Positions 34,060-46,687 of a stretch of 64,000 nt of DNA are shown here, in pieces (the stretch's first letter is position 1; each line of letters starts with the position of its first letter). The notes beneath the pieces are model-generated. The model worked only from the letters and a program-made list of their open reading frames with translations, was not told the DNA's origin and did not search any database. Both the position numbers and the translations under genes were made by a program. This stretch comes from Yuukianura sp. NJ FZ-2021 (taxonomy: Eukaryota), in NCBI GenBank assembly GCA_046563655.1, contig CM102283.1, forward strand, positions 2,542,001 through 2,606,000, written 5' to 3'.

Positions 34060-37000
34060 TCACATTTCAAATTCCACAGTACCCTGATTTGAAAATTTTG
34101 AAATTTTAAAAATTTTGTTTTCACATCGACGAGAATTGATTCTGCCTCCATGTTGAATATACAGGTCTTCCGGAATTTCAATATGCTCCACATCCACTGC
34201 ACCTCTCGATGATCTTGACCTTTCTCCCTCGCCATTGATGCTGTTCGTTTGGCGGGAAAGTTTCCCGGCGCGGGAATTTGAAAATCCGTTGTTTTTCTGA
34301 TAGTCATTGACTTTGATTTGCTCCCGGACAGGTCTGGAACGCGGCCGAACGACTCTGGAAGCTGGACGAATGGGGTGCAATCTGGCTCGAATTCCGCGTC
34401 TGATGGATAGTTGAACCTAAAAGACATTCAAAATTTTGAGAAATACAACGTTTAGGAATTTGAAATTTTAGTTTTTTTGAAAAACCTCTCCGTTGAGAAA
34501 GCAGTAGATGAGGGTACAGAAGAAACCTTGGAAGGAGGTGAGGAATGCTGTGAGGTATGACCAAATTGCAAACTGAATTGCATCTTTGTCCACTGGAGAA
34601 TAAATCATCTGCAAGGAGTTTGTGATGCCCAGTAATGGAAGAAGTACGAACGCAGCACGCACGGCTTTTCTAAACAAAAAATTTAAAAAAAGTTAGTTTT
34701 TAAAAAAATTCAAATACATTTTGAAAAAGTAGACACTACCTCACTTGTTGTGCCTCACTGGAACTACTTTCTCTCAGTTTGGTCACCAAAACACGCATGA
34801 TGTTCAGCAAAAAAATCAAGTTTAACTAAAAATTCAAGAAATTTACGGAAGCAAAAAATTTCAAAAACTGTTATGAATGTTGCATTTTCATCATAATTTT
34901 GAATTTGCCGCTTTTTAGGCTTACAACGATGACAGTGAGTCTCGGTCCTTCTAAAATCCAGAAGTATGGTGACAAGTTGTAGCCCCACCAACACGTAATG
35001 TCTTGAAATTTGTCGTAAGTGACCGTAGCCCATACTGCCGTCAAAATGCCAGGACATACCCAACCCACGCAGTAGAAAAACCTTAATAAAAAGTTTATGA
35101 TAAGCTAATGAAACCTATACCATTACATAAGTTCAGTTGCAGTGTTGCTGGATATCCACTTTTTCGGCATTTTATCCACGGCTGGATATCCAGTGGAAGA
35201 AATGGACGAAATGGATGAAGCCAACGGGAGGATTTTACCCGTGGGGTATGAACAATTTGAAAATAGAAAACGGAAAGAAATCAAAAACGCTACAAAAAAA
35301 ACCGCAAAGTGTGTTAAAATAAGTTCTAATAACAAAACCAATCAAGCAACACCGGTTTACATAGTTATTTAATACTTTAATTTAACAATATTTAAATTAA
35401 ATTTATTTGAAATTCGCGTTGTTAGTAAAATCAACTGATTTTCTTCCATCCACTGTCCAGTAGGACCCCATTTCGTCCCCTGGATATCCAGGGAAAGTGG
35501 CCATTAAGCCACTGGATATCCAGTGGATGAAATGGAGTCCTACCCTACTGGACTATGGATGGATGAAATCAGGTGAGTTTGAAAATCCAGCGCCAATTTC
35601 AAATAAATTTAAAAAAAAATATTATATAAGAATTCAACTAACTATTTAAACCGTTTTTGCGTAATTGGTTTTGTTATTAGAACGTGCTTTAGCACGATTT
35701 TCTGTTGCTTTTTTTTATTTCCTTCCTCTCGTGCAAATTATTCATACCCAGCGGGTAAAGCTCCTTCTTTGGATTCATCCATGTCGTCCATTTCTTCCAC
35801 TGGATATCTAGCCGTGGATGAAATATGTGTGTGAAACCTAAGTGAATATCCACCAACACTGCTTTTCACTTACATAAAGTTTACATATTTGACACTTTAC
35901 CTTGCAGAGAGTCTTTCGTGGAAAACAGAGACGATGATCATGTTGTGTAAGTGGAGGCCCTCCACGAACATCCACAGAAACATGGCCGTTCGAGCATACT
36001 CCAACAAAATGTAAAACCCCTCGCAGACGTAAGCCTGTCAAAATTTACAAAAGTTGGCACGTGTAAAGTTGACATTTTAAATATTTTACAACTCAAGAGT
36101 AGTCAAATTCAAATTTAGAGTTCAAAGGAATTCACTGAACTTGTCGTAGGCTTTGTTTGAAGTTGGAAGTGTCATTCATTAGTTTAAGTGGCATTTGAAT
36201 TTCCATCCTCTTTTGTGACAAGACTACTTAAGAAACTAAGGAAATCCCTCAATGCCTGGATTAGGTTAACCTAAATCTCAAACTCATCTTGTCAACCCGC
36301 ATCATGAAAAGGATCTTACAAAGTTCAAATGTTGGCGCCAGAGAAAGCCATTGTCACATCTCCCACCAAAAATTAAATTTTATGTTGTATTACGAATTAC
36401 AATGGTGAAACCTAATCAAAAGTGGGCTTACGAAGCCTAAAGACGGCTTTGTTAAACGAAATTAATAGCATAATTTCCGTTTGACCTAGTAATTTCCGAA
36501 AGAAAGTTATTTAGACGGCCGTTTTCGTTAATCATAAGTTTTCATAAGACTTGAAAAGTTTTTGTGAAACCCTAATTACTTATTTAAAGGCTTCAGGTTT
36601 GGTTCGTTTTTAACTATTCTAATTAGATTAACTTATTTAGTAGACTACATTAACAATTTTAGTGTAGTCTTGTATCATATTTTCACATCACAATGGATTT
36701 AATGTTTCAGGATATACTTATTGTTTCAAGATTTGCTTATTGTTTCTACTTTACTTATTGCTCTTAGTTTTACTTATTGTGTCTAGGCTTAACTTTTCTT
36801 TCTAATTTACTTATTGTTTCAAGTTTTACTTAATGTTTTGAATTTACTTATTGTTTCTAATTTTGCTTATTGTTTTAAACTTTCAGTCAAGCCTTGTATC
36901 ATGTTTCCCTTCCCACGATGGATACCTTTCTCTATTACAATCGTAGTACCATGGCAAAATTGCAATTTCGGCCATTTCTTCCGCCACTCTTGTCAGTGGC

Positions 37001-40000
37001 ACGAGTCCACCTTGGAACTTCTTTGGAACCGCCCCGAGGCGGAGTTCCAGCGATCTCAAGTTGCCCCGTTTCAGATTTCTGAGTATAAAGTTAATTTCCG
37101 CGGGAAGGAACGGCCAGCATTCCGAACAAGAAATTCGACGTACAATTTGAAATGGAAGGTAGCCGTCAAACGTCATATGCATTCCACCAAGTAGAAATTT
37201 TCCAGTTGTTCCACGCATGCGCTGCGGCGGTTCTACAGTTTCACCGTACCGTGTTGCCTCGGCAACCGTCCAAAATGTCGGATCTCCTAATGTCAACTTG
37301 TGATCCGGTACTGGCCAATCCGTTTTGTATGCCGTGTAAATGCTGCCGAAACTGAACCAAATTCCGATATCGAATCGCTTATTGGTGCTCACTTCACAGT
37401 GTCGGATCATGTGCATAATTTCACGACTCGGAATTTCGTCAGAGTCACCAACTCCTGGAAATTTTGAAAATTCAAAAATTTTCAATTTTTATGAAACTTT
37501 GAGGTTCGAATTTCAGTTCTGACTCACCAACGAGATCGTCAACGTCGAAAAATTGATGAGCTGCGTTCCACTCCAAAAATTTTGACCAACGTAGTCGTTC
37601 TTGGACGCGTTCCATTTCAAATTTTTTGTCTTCAACAATATGCTTTTCAAACACGCCCTCTGCTTGAGCCGTATCCGCATCGTCTACGACGAAATGAACA
37701 ACTTTGTCCAAAAATTTTGAAAATCGCGGCTGAAATTTCACGCGTTCCCACAATAGTCCTTTTTTAATTGTACGAAAATGAGCTCGTGTAGACTCTATTA
37801 TAAAAATTTTGTCGACAACATCATAAACTTCATTCATAAAAATTTCAAGCACGTCGGCACCAAATCCAAATTGTAGCAACATTCCAATTTTTGGTGTTTT
37901 TGCACGAAGTTGCCCTGTGAAGGCGTTTCCGTGACCTTCACATTTGAGGTCATTGACCTCCTTAAGGGGCGGAGCTAAACATGATCGATTTACAGGAACA
38001 ATTGGTTCCATTTCTAAATAAGGTGTAATCAGTTGCATCAAATTTTCTTGGCGCTTTTCAATTTTTTGAATTTGGTCTTTTGTAAGTTCATTTTTGGAAT
38101 CGGAGTGATTCGTACTAGAGGCGAAGCCCAACCAATCAAATTGGAGCAAAAGTTCTGCAAAGGCGGGAAATTTTGGAGGCGGAGGAATCAATTGTTCTCC
38201 GATTTTTGGAGATTCTTGAGTCGAAGTTGATTCGTTTGAGTCGACTTTGATTCGGTTCGAGTCGGAATGATTCGGTGTGATCGTCTGAGAACAATTTCGT
38301 CCATTGTGGACGTTTACCACTTTATCACTGAATTCCGACGGTGGACGATCTCGTCCGTCGTGGCTGGACGGAATTCGAGTTAGACTTAGAAGCAAAACAC
38401 AAAAGAAAGTCAAGACGGCTCCATAAACTAGTCTCACGTACAATCTCCTGGCTGTTCTAAAAAATTGTTTAAATGGTTTTTCAAAAATCTGATTTTTTTT
38501 TGTTTTTGTAACTTAAAAATAAAAATTTTTAGGTTATGGTAACATACCTGGATGGATTCATCACTGCTGCCACTTGATAAATGTGTTTCATGTGTTTTAT
38601 TGGTTTTCAAAGTTCAAAAGTTCCCTTTTTAGTTCAATAGTAAGTTTGGGAAAAGCTGATTGTGATGGTATAATAATTTTTCACATTAACAGACTGCAGA
38701 AATGGAAGCTTGGGATTTTGAAATCTGATGGTACTGTATTATGGCAACACACGTCTGGTGATTAGAATTCGTTTTTACACTTTCTATATTTTAATTAGTA
38801 CACTTAATTATGTATTAATTGAATCATGTAATTGTATTAATGGGTTTCGATTGGCAACATGACCTAGTGAAAAGCTAATTAGAACCAAAATAAGCGTAGT
38901 AGACTTTTACTAATCAATCGTACAGGTAAATCAAACAGCCAACTTTGTAACTGTGGAAAAAACTCAATTTTCAACAAAAGAGTCTTTAGTTCAAGAAATA
39001 TTCTGAATTCGTATTATTTGCCCGTAGCTCTTACAGTACCGTCAGCTTCTCCCGAACTCCCTAACTTCAACGTATGCACGACAGCATAACCTAATTTTAA
39101 AGCTCTAGATTTTTTTGTTTTGAAATTAAAACTTTTGGTGTTAGACTATCAAATTCGACACTTGAATTGAGTAGAAATCTGTTTTTGGTTTTATTTAGTG
39201 AATTGTGGAAAAAGAAGTCGTTGCACCTAAAACCTTAAACTAACCGGCAAGAAGCTTACTCAAAAACTAACTTAAATATTGAAAACTGTTCTGGAAAACG
39301 TCTAAAACAAGTTAGCTAACTCCCATGCTTTGTAAAATCTGTTAACTACAAATTAGGTTTGACTAATTAGAAAAATAATTAAGTCGAGGTAACTACAAAA
39401 TGACTTTGTTTTTGTCTCTTGTGTAATTTGAGCTGTTTTTTTTTGGACAAACAACACCAAAGGGTTGTAGGCTTCAAAAAAAATCTTTTTCTGGAGAAAA
39501 GTTCGATTTTTTCAAAAAAAAAACTATTTTTTATCCCTAATCAAAATCTTATTCTGAATTTGAATCCATTCTTCAAATTTCAAAACCCACGACGTACTGG
39601 CGGGAAAACCGTGATGATTTCAAGTTTTGTTCTGATTGAACAGTTGAATTTATAAAAACTCTTCTTTTTGTTCAAAAGAAAATTTTTAGTTCTTACCGTG
39701 TTTTCGATTCCTTTTCGCTGCGGACGAGCCAGAACAGCCATATCAGCGTTTGCAGGAATTTGCGGTTGGCTGGAATTGAGAAGCGCGGGAAAATTCGAAT
39801 TTGTATTGTCTGAAGCCAGTGATGTGGAACGACTCATGTACTGATCAATGTACACTGTTAGACGAACAAGGACTTGAATAGACATGGCAATGAACAGGTT
39901 CTTGTGAATCCTTGTTCTATTGTTTCGAAGATTTCTAAAAAAGTTCAAAAGTTTTTGAAAAAGTCAAATTAGAATTGAAATGAAGCCGTAGTTTCATTTC

Positions 40001-43000
40001 CTTCCTTGTTTAGAAAATTTGAAAGTTTAGAACAAAAGAGACACGGTTTTTTGCCTGTAAAACCTTTGTGTCAAGCAACTTCAGTCGGATTCTTGCTTTT
40101 TAGAACTCCTTTTGTTCCAGTCTTCACAATAGCAAGGCAGAATTTGTTCAAGGTTTTCAGAATTTTGAAAAAGTGACTTACCGAAAGCGACAGAAGATGA
40201 GAAGAGAGATGACGAGTGATACAATGGAGATGCTCAGTCCGACAATTTCTAAAATTCTTGTTCCTTGAGCCACCAAGAGCTTCCGCTGAAATCAAGGTTG
40301 TTTAAATTGAAATTTTGTTTGCTTTTTCTTAACAGGTTATACCATAAGTCCTTTTTTTCAAATTTTCAAATTTTTCGAACCAAACATCTGACGCGGCTCC
40401 TTTGCGTCAGGTATCACTATATGCAACTTAAAAATTAAAAAACTTCAAAATATTACTGTGAAAATCAATAAAATTGGTACAAAAATTGTTTTTCATGTCT
40501 TTTAAAAAAATCGAAGTTATGGCATAACCTGTCTCTTAGAGCATTTGTATAAATGGGCGCCATAGCAAGTTTGGGTGGAATTTAAAGGGTCAAAGGTCAT
40601 GCCAGGTCACATTATAAGCAAATTTTGGTGGAAAATTCAAAATTTTAAATTTTGAAAAGTGTTTACCTGGGCATCCTGTTCTGACTGTGAGAGTATGTTC
40701 AGGAGCTCACGAATGCCTGGCGGGAAACACTGTGAATAATTTGTCCACCCGAGCGTTAAACTTTCGTTTGAAATTTCCGCTCGAACGACAAAATTCTCCC
40801 GCCATTGCCAAGTTCCATCCGTTCGGCATGTCCTTGTTGCAAATTCTGTCATTTGAAGTCAAAATGGAAAGTTAACAAAACAAAGATTAGGTTAGTATAT
40901 AGCCTTAACCTAAAACGGTTAAGCTAATTAAATGTTTGGTTAATCCAAGGTTGCTGTAGCGCCCATTTATACATATGCGCTAACAGGTTATGCCATAACT
41001 CACTTTTTTCAAAAAATTACGAAAAAAAAACTTTGGAACGAATTTTATAAGAATTAGAGAATAAATTACAAAAAAAAGTTCAAAGCAAATAATTTTTAAA
41101 GAATAGGAGTTATAGCATAACCTGTTTAAAAAAAACAAAATTTAGATTTAAACAACCTTGGGTTAATCTAAACAAAATGGTGGCGGAGTTTCTTTCCGAG
41201 TAAACCAGAAAATGAGAAAAAAATCGGTTTTTTAAATCTACAAAAGGTTCCCGCGGTTTTCAACCCAGCATGGCAATTTTTGAATTAGTTCAACCTAAAC
41301 CCCTGGGAAATCAAAATTTGGTGTTAATTTAGAGAACTTTTCATTACGGATTCCAGCAAAGTGTTCTCATCGTTCCACCTCAAAGTCATTATTGGCTTAA
41401 CATTTTTTCGAAAATCTAAGCAGTGACTAAGATTAAAAAAAAATGTTACATTTTTTGTTAATTTTTTTTTTTTGAAAATACTGATTTGGTGTCTCAACTT
41501 TCGTCCGTGAAGGATTTATGACACATGATTGACTTAAAATATTTCATATTCATTAAGTTTCAACTTTTTTTTTAGAATTTGGCGCCGAGAAATGTGCAAA
41601 GTCTACCATACTACAAGATTTTTCAAACAACACGTATTCAGAAATCCCCAGGAGAAAAGTTTGACAAAACGAGATTGAAATATTCTTTATTGAATTAGAC
41701 TTTTTTCGAAATTGAATTCGACAGGACCAATTTTCAAAAGAAAATTTTGAACAAATAAAATTTTGTTGGAGCACTTTATGAAAAAAGAGGTTTTTCAAAA
41801 AGATGGAATGTGATGTGACAGTCTTTGGCGTTCTTTTGTTGCCCGCCTTTTCATTATGCCCAAGGTCATTTACCAACTTCCTCTTATTGCATGTGACCTG
41901 TCAAGGTCATATGTGATTAATCGGCATCATTTTAAACCAAAAACACAATAAAAGTGACTCCAATATTAAAAAATTTGACAGTCAAATAAAAATTCCGGGA
42001 CAAAAGTTTGGATAAGCGCCGGAGGGCAATACTAGCCGTTTTACGGTAACCGTTAAAAACTTACTGCCTTCCTTAACTTTACAAGAAAAATTATATTAAA
42101 CCTCATAACTGCTTAAACCGCATTGTAAAATTCTGTGTGTTTCGTTCAAATAACAGCCGGGATCCAATAACTGGAAGTTTTACGGTACACCTCACAAGGT
42201 ACGTAACAAAAATTTTCACTAAATTGAAGCATTTAGACAAACAAATTTTTTTCCCTCGGTTTTTCAAGTTTAAGATTTTTTTAATAAGAGCCGGGATCCC
42301 AAAATTTGAAGTTTTACGGTATCTAAAGATAATGTATTGTGTGAGACTTTACTTGATGTGTCAATTCCTTTTGACTGCGGACATCGAATGGACACAGTTT
42401 GTCCAGGAGGTGTTGGTGGCCAGCACAAGTATCGATCCCACACAGGAGAACAGTATCCTGGAACCATACAAAAAATCAAAGAATATTATCCATGATTTAC
42501 CATTCATTCCCTCGCCCAAACTATGTTTACGTTACAAAGAAAAAAGTTTTTCTGCCACAATTCGAATTTGCAAATCAAACACACACGGACTTGGAAAAAC
42601 TTTTTAAATGTGTCAATATCACCAATTCTCCCCATGAAACCCAAAACAAACAAAAACGAATTTAGTCGGTCACGCAATTTTCAATTTCAGGGTCCAAAAG
42701 TTTCATCAAAGTTTTAAAAGAAACAAGATTCCACGCACGTTTTTAATCCCACGCACATTCGGAATTTTATTTTCAAAATTTTATTTTCAAAATTTTATTT
42801 TCAAAATTATATTTTGCTCAAGCGAGTTCCTCATTCACAATTTTTTTTTCAAACTTTGCCTTTCTTAGAAAACTCATTAGATCAAAATTACTAGTTCATT
42901 TCGGGTAACTTAGATCAATGGTTAAATACATCAACAAAAATTTGATCAACACAAAAAAAAAAGAAACAAAATCAGGAAATATTTTGCTTTGCACTTTTTC

Positions 43001-46000
43001 CAAAATTTCGATTTTTGGAACCATTGATTAGCTGACCGTCTTCATATTCCATCAGTGTTTTTCATGTTTTTATTTTATTTTTGTGAAAACTTTCGTGTTG
43101 ATGTTTCACTCTGCAGCAAGTTTCGCTTTGAACGTGAAGAAAAGTGAAAGTAAGTTTTGATTTGGTGAAAGTTTGAACTCATTTCTGAGAATTCTGCAAC
43201 GAACTATTAAGGTGCTGGCCTACATAAGAATTTAGGGGAAACTAACCATATAGTTACTCCCTCCGAGCACGCTAAGCAACTGAAACACAAATTCCATACA
43301 GTCGACTTTCATTTTTGGCAATTTTTTGTGTCTAAAAATCCTGACACGCTTAATTCGCCAACGAGGTTTTCACCTGCAGGGAGCAAAAAGGCTTTGTCCA
43401 GCATTGTTACCCGGGTTTTGTGCATTTGCTCCAGGAAGAGGCTGGACGCCAAATGCCCGATTCCGGGTTCATTACCTTCCAGGAACAAAAGCTATTTCGG
43501 TAATGAAAAATTAAGTCGAGTGAAAGTCAAAAAGCCCGCGTTTTCTTTTGACATTTGTGAGAATTCGGACACTTCAGTTTCACTTCCTCCTGTCGTTTCA
43601 AGAGGTTTTTCACCTTTCAACTGGACAAAAACGTCCAAAACCAAGAGACACAACACGCATTCCAACAGAGTCAAGTAGTGCGGTAACACTGAATTTACAT
43701 TGAATTTTTACAATGGCGGGAAACGGTGAGGTTACCAAATTTAAAAGAAAGCTATTGTTTCAAAAATATTTTTTAAATTGAATTCGTGGATTTTAATTTT
43801 GAGTTTTTGTTTTACAGAGATGACGACCAGCCTATTTTTGGTAACATTTTTATTGGGACTTCTGAACTTTCCTGTTGCTACTTCCCAAAATCTTTCCAAA
43901 TACTATGACCAACCGTGCAACCGTAAGTAGAAGTTTGTCTGTAACTCATTTTTTGAAATTAAATTTAAAAATGTTGAAAATTTGTTAAATTTTTTAGCAA
44001 ATTTACAACAATGTAACAAGGACATGCCGTTGGTAACTACGAAGTTCGTGTACGTTTTGCTCTACTGTCGACCAGGAGAGGATAAATGTTTATGTCCAAG
44101 CCACTACAGCCTCAACGGTAAGGTCAAAAGGTTTTGTCTTGTGTTCACTTCCTTACAACCTAGAACTGAACGTAATAGCGCAATTGGTAGAAAGTATCTT
44201 CACGGAGCGCAAGATGTGGGTTCAAATCCCACTCACGAGGGAACATTCCCAACCGGTCGTTAAGTTTTTTAATTTAAAAGATAAAGTTATAATCTGTATG
44301 CCAGAAGAAAATTTTCTGCAATTAGTTTCTGTTTGCCAACGCCAAAAAAAAAGTACCCCAACCTGGACTCGAACCCACTCCAGAAAAAAGAGAAAACTAT
44401 ATTTCGTGTCAAATTATTCAACAGAAATCGTCCAGATTGTATGATATAACATCCCAAAGTTTTTAGTTGCAGAATTGGGCAAATTTTTTTTTGCTGATTC
44501 CTCTGGAAGTCGGGCCGCGGGTTCGAGCCCACGTCGGAGTAGTTTTTTAGTGCTGGCCACCGAAACTACTGTAGAAAATTTTCTTTTGGCATAGACAATA
44601 TGACTGTGTTTTTTAAATTCAAAAACTTGACGATCGGTTGAGAATGCTCCCTCGTCAGTTCTTTCTTCTGATTTGTTCCTTATTTCCCCTAAGATTTGTA
44701 AGATTAGGTGACTCTAACTTTAATTGTCAATTAAAGTTAATAGTGTTCTAACCCCTTCAATAACTGACCGACGAAACACAATTCTTAGGAAAGAAGCTCA
44801 ATGCAACCGGATACGAGTGGCGGGAAGAGAAAGCCCAGTGTCTCATGTCACTCAACTCCCAATGTACTGGACTCGCTAAGGACCTCTGCGCCAGCGGTTA
44901 TTGACAAAAATATTAGTTGATTTATATTAATACATTATATTATATTAAATAATGTTACTTCAGGTAATTGTACCGAGGGAGTCTGCGTCAACAGCACAAT
45001 TACGCGCGACATCATCATCGACAACCCTGGAGATCAGGATGACGGTGGTTCGATTCTTCATGGTGGACTTTTCTCTACTGCTCTCTCCGTCTGCTTCCAG
45101 TTAGCAATCAGTTTATTTTCTACCTGGTAAACTTTCTTCCAAAGAAAATTTTTGTTTTGCCGAGCAAAAAAAAAGGTTTGTTTTTGTTTTCGATTTTGGA
45201 GAAGTCGCTAATACGGCCAATTTCAAATGTCTTGTTCAAATTTCCAATTTCTTGGAAAAAGAGTACGAAAAAAAATATTCTCCTTTACTTTCTTATTTTC
45301 TTCCTTTCTAATTGTTTTAAGAAGGTATAAGTTTTATTTGAGTCGGTGTACAACAGTACCGTGTTTTTCCAAAAAGTTTGTTAAAAATTATGTGCACCAG
45401 AAAATTTTGAAGAACGATTGAAATTATTGAAATTATATGTTAGTTTTCACTTACTTAGAGCGAGGTTGTTTTAGAATTAGTAATACAGTAGTAACAATGA
45501 TTCTTCAGAATTGAAATCCAAAGCAATAAAATTTGGTCCAATGTGTTTTGAAAAATGAAGATTTTGGTGTTGATCGAATTACTTTTTGATCATTTTGCCG
45601 TTGACCATTTTGTCGTTTGTCCTTTATGCACAAGGCGCGTGCCATCTCATGACATTAAGTTCATATTGAATCTATGGAGGTAAGTGCCCGAGATCAAAAG
45701 CTTAAAGTGTCATGCACTTTGCCTGTGGTTGAACAACAGACGGAATATTAAAGCCTCAATTCTGGAACATTCTGGAACGAGTGCACGTGCAGTTACTTGT
45801 TTTGTAGCATGCCGATACTGCCAAGTATATACTTGAGCTTGTGAAAAATGCTGCCAAGCATTATGTAAAACATTGTGCTGACAACGCAAACACTGGAGTA
45901 CTTGTGAATCCGTCAAGTGCTTACTACAGCTCAAGGGTAAAAATTTTATCAAAGAAAACGAAAGAAAAACTCACTTTTTTTTCTCTTTTTTTTTAGTAAT

Positions 46001-46687
46001 GCAACCACAACGTTCGTGTTAAAGAATTTAGAAAATTAGAAAAAAAAATTCTGTAATTAGCTTTTGTTTTAACTTGAAATTGAGTTGGAACTTCAAAAGG
46101 AGAAATTAAGCCTGTAGGGATTCGCAAAAGAATCGCTTTTTCTGAAGTTTTCGAAAAACACAATTTAGGTGCCTTTTCTCAGTGTTGTTTTTCCAAAAGT
46201 TAGAGCTTGATTGAATTGAGCAAAGTTTTACTCTTAAATAGCTTCCACGTGATTCATTAATTTCCAGCGCTATTTCAAACGAATGAAATCAAAAACGAAT
46301 GAGGAAACAAATGTCACTAGGGACTTAATCTAATTCAAACATTGTTTCTTCCGCCGTAACTTTGAGCTAAAAGTTAAAGAAAAGTGTTTGAGTCACGTTG
46401 TACAAAATAGTTTTGAAACCAGGTCACGAGGGTCAGACACGCGAATACTACCTACGCCATGCCCATGTAAAGCGTGCAATTTTTGCTTGACCTCAATGAT
46501 ACAACGATGCACATTATATTTACAACAAGACATTTGTTGAATAACAGTTGAAAGTTGAAAAAAATTTCAACTTGGTGTTTCACCCAAGTGAAAGTTTGTG
46601 AAAAAAAGACTTACCTTGGTCTGTAAAGTTTTCATACAGGGCGGTGCATTTGGCATTCCCACGAATCCACTCTTCGTCGACATTCAT
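34060..46687 (-). CDS. Pdfr: Pigment-dispersing factor receptor (class B1 GPCR), ~10 exons; 5' start tentative
   Basis: CSPVWDRYLCWPPT, GWTNYSQC, LRNNRTRIHKNLFIAM..RLTVYIDQ, YARTAMFLWMFVEGL, CWWGYNLSPYFWILEGPR, VRKAVRAAFVLLPLLGITN, SFQGFFC..NGEV; these match PDFR-specific sequences. Confidence 0.92.
35139..35862. mobile_element. ~720-bp fold-back (palindromic) element in a Pdfr intron
   Basis: Left arm gcagtgttgctggatatccact.. is the reverse complement of right arm ..agtgaatatccaccaacactgc, similarity extending to the centre near 35500; repeated ctggatatccag. Confidence 0.85.
36715..36880. repeat. ~19-bp minisatellite (ttacttattgtttc core), ~9 degenerate copies
   Basis: Direct inspection; lies just 3' of the GT17 stop. 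Confidence 0.8.
36883..38561 (-). CDS. Glycosyltransferase family 17 (MGAT3/GnT-III-like) type II membrane protein, 3 exons, nested in a Pdfr intron
   Basis: MNPSR/TARRLYVRLVYGAVLTFFCVLLLSL TM anchor; DVLEIFMNEVYDVVDKIFIIES; ERVQERLRW; DDLVG/VGDSDEIPSRE (DxD). Confidence 0.8.
40293..40575. mobile_element. MITE copy, inverted relative to 40944-41162
   Basis: caaggttgtttaaa..aacaggttataccataa..ttatggcataacctgt..tataaatgggcgc is the reverse complement of the 40944 copy. Confidence 0.65.
40944..41162. mobile_element. piggyBac-type MITE (TTAA TSD)
   Basis: ttaa|tccaaggttg ... caaccttggg|ttaa, plus internal inverted repeat aacaggttatgccataact / agttatagcataacctgtt. Confidence 0.7.
42763..42815. 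repeat. 14-bp tandem repeat aattttattttcaa, ~4 copies
   Basis: Direct inspection. Confidence 0.8.
43713..45130 (+). CDS. Small secreted/GPI-type Cys-rich protein, 5 exons, nested antisense in a Pdfr intron
   Basis: In-phase splicing gives MAGNEMTTSLFLVTFLLGLL..YDQPCN/..QCNK..YCRPGEDKCLCP../..YEWREEKAQCLMSLNSQCTG..LCAS/GNCTEGVCV..hydrophobic tail FSTALSVCFQLAISLFSTW*. Confidence 0.8.
44163..44661. mobile_element. Inverted-repeat element containing tRNA-like A/B boxes
   Basis: Arms ~44235-44385 and ~44502-44655 are reverse complements; tagcgcaattggta..gtgggttcaaatcccac at ~44175-44231; ggttcgagccc at ~44520 and its inverted counterpart ~44365-44375. Confidence 0.7.

Noticed and set aside
43328-43678. 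116-aa plus-strand ORF
   Set aside because: Non-ATG start, no motifs; more likely 5' region of the nested Cys-rich gene
44170-44235. Functional tRNA gene
   Set aside because: A and B boxes present but no convincing acceptor stem or 7-nt anticodon loop; embedded in a repeat
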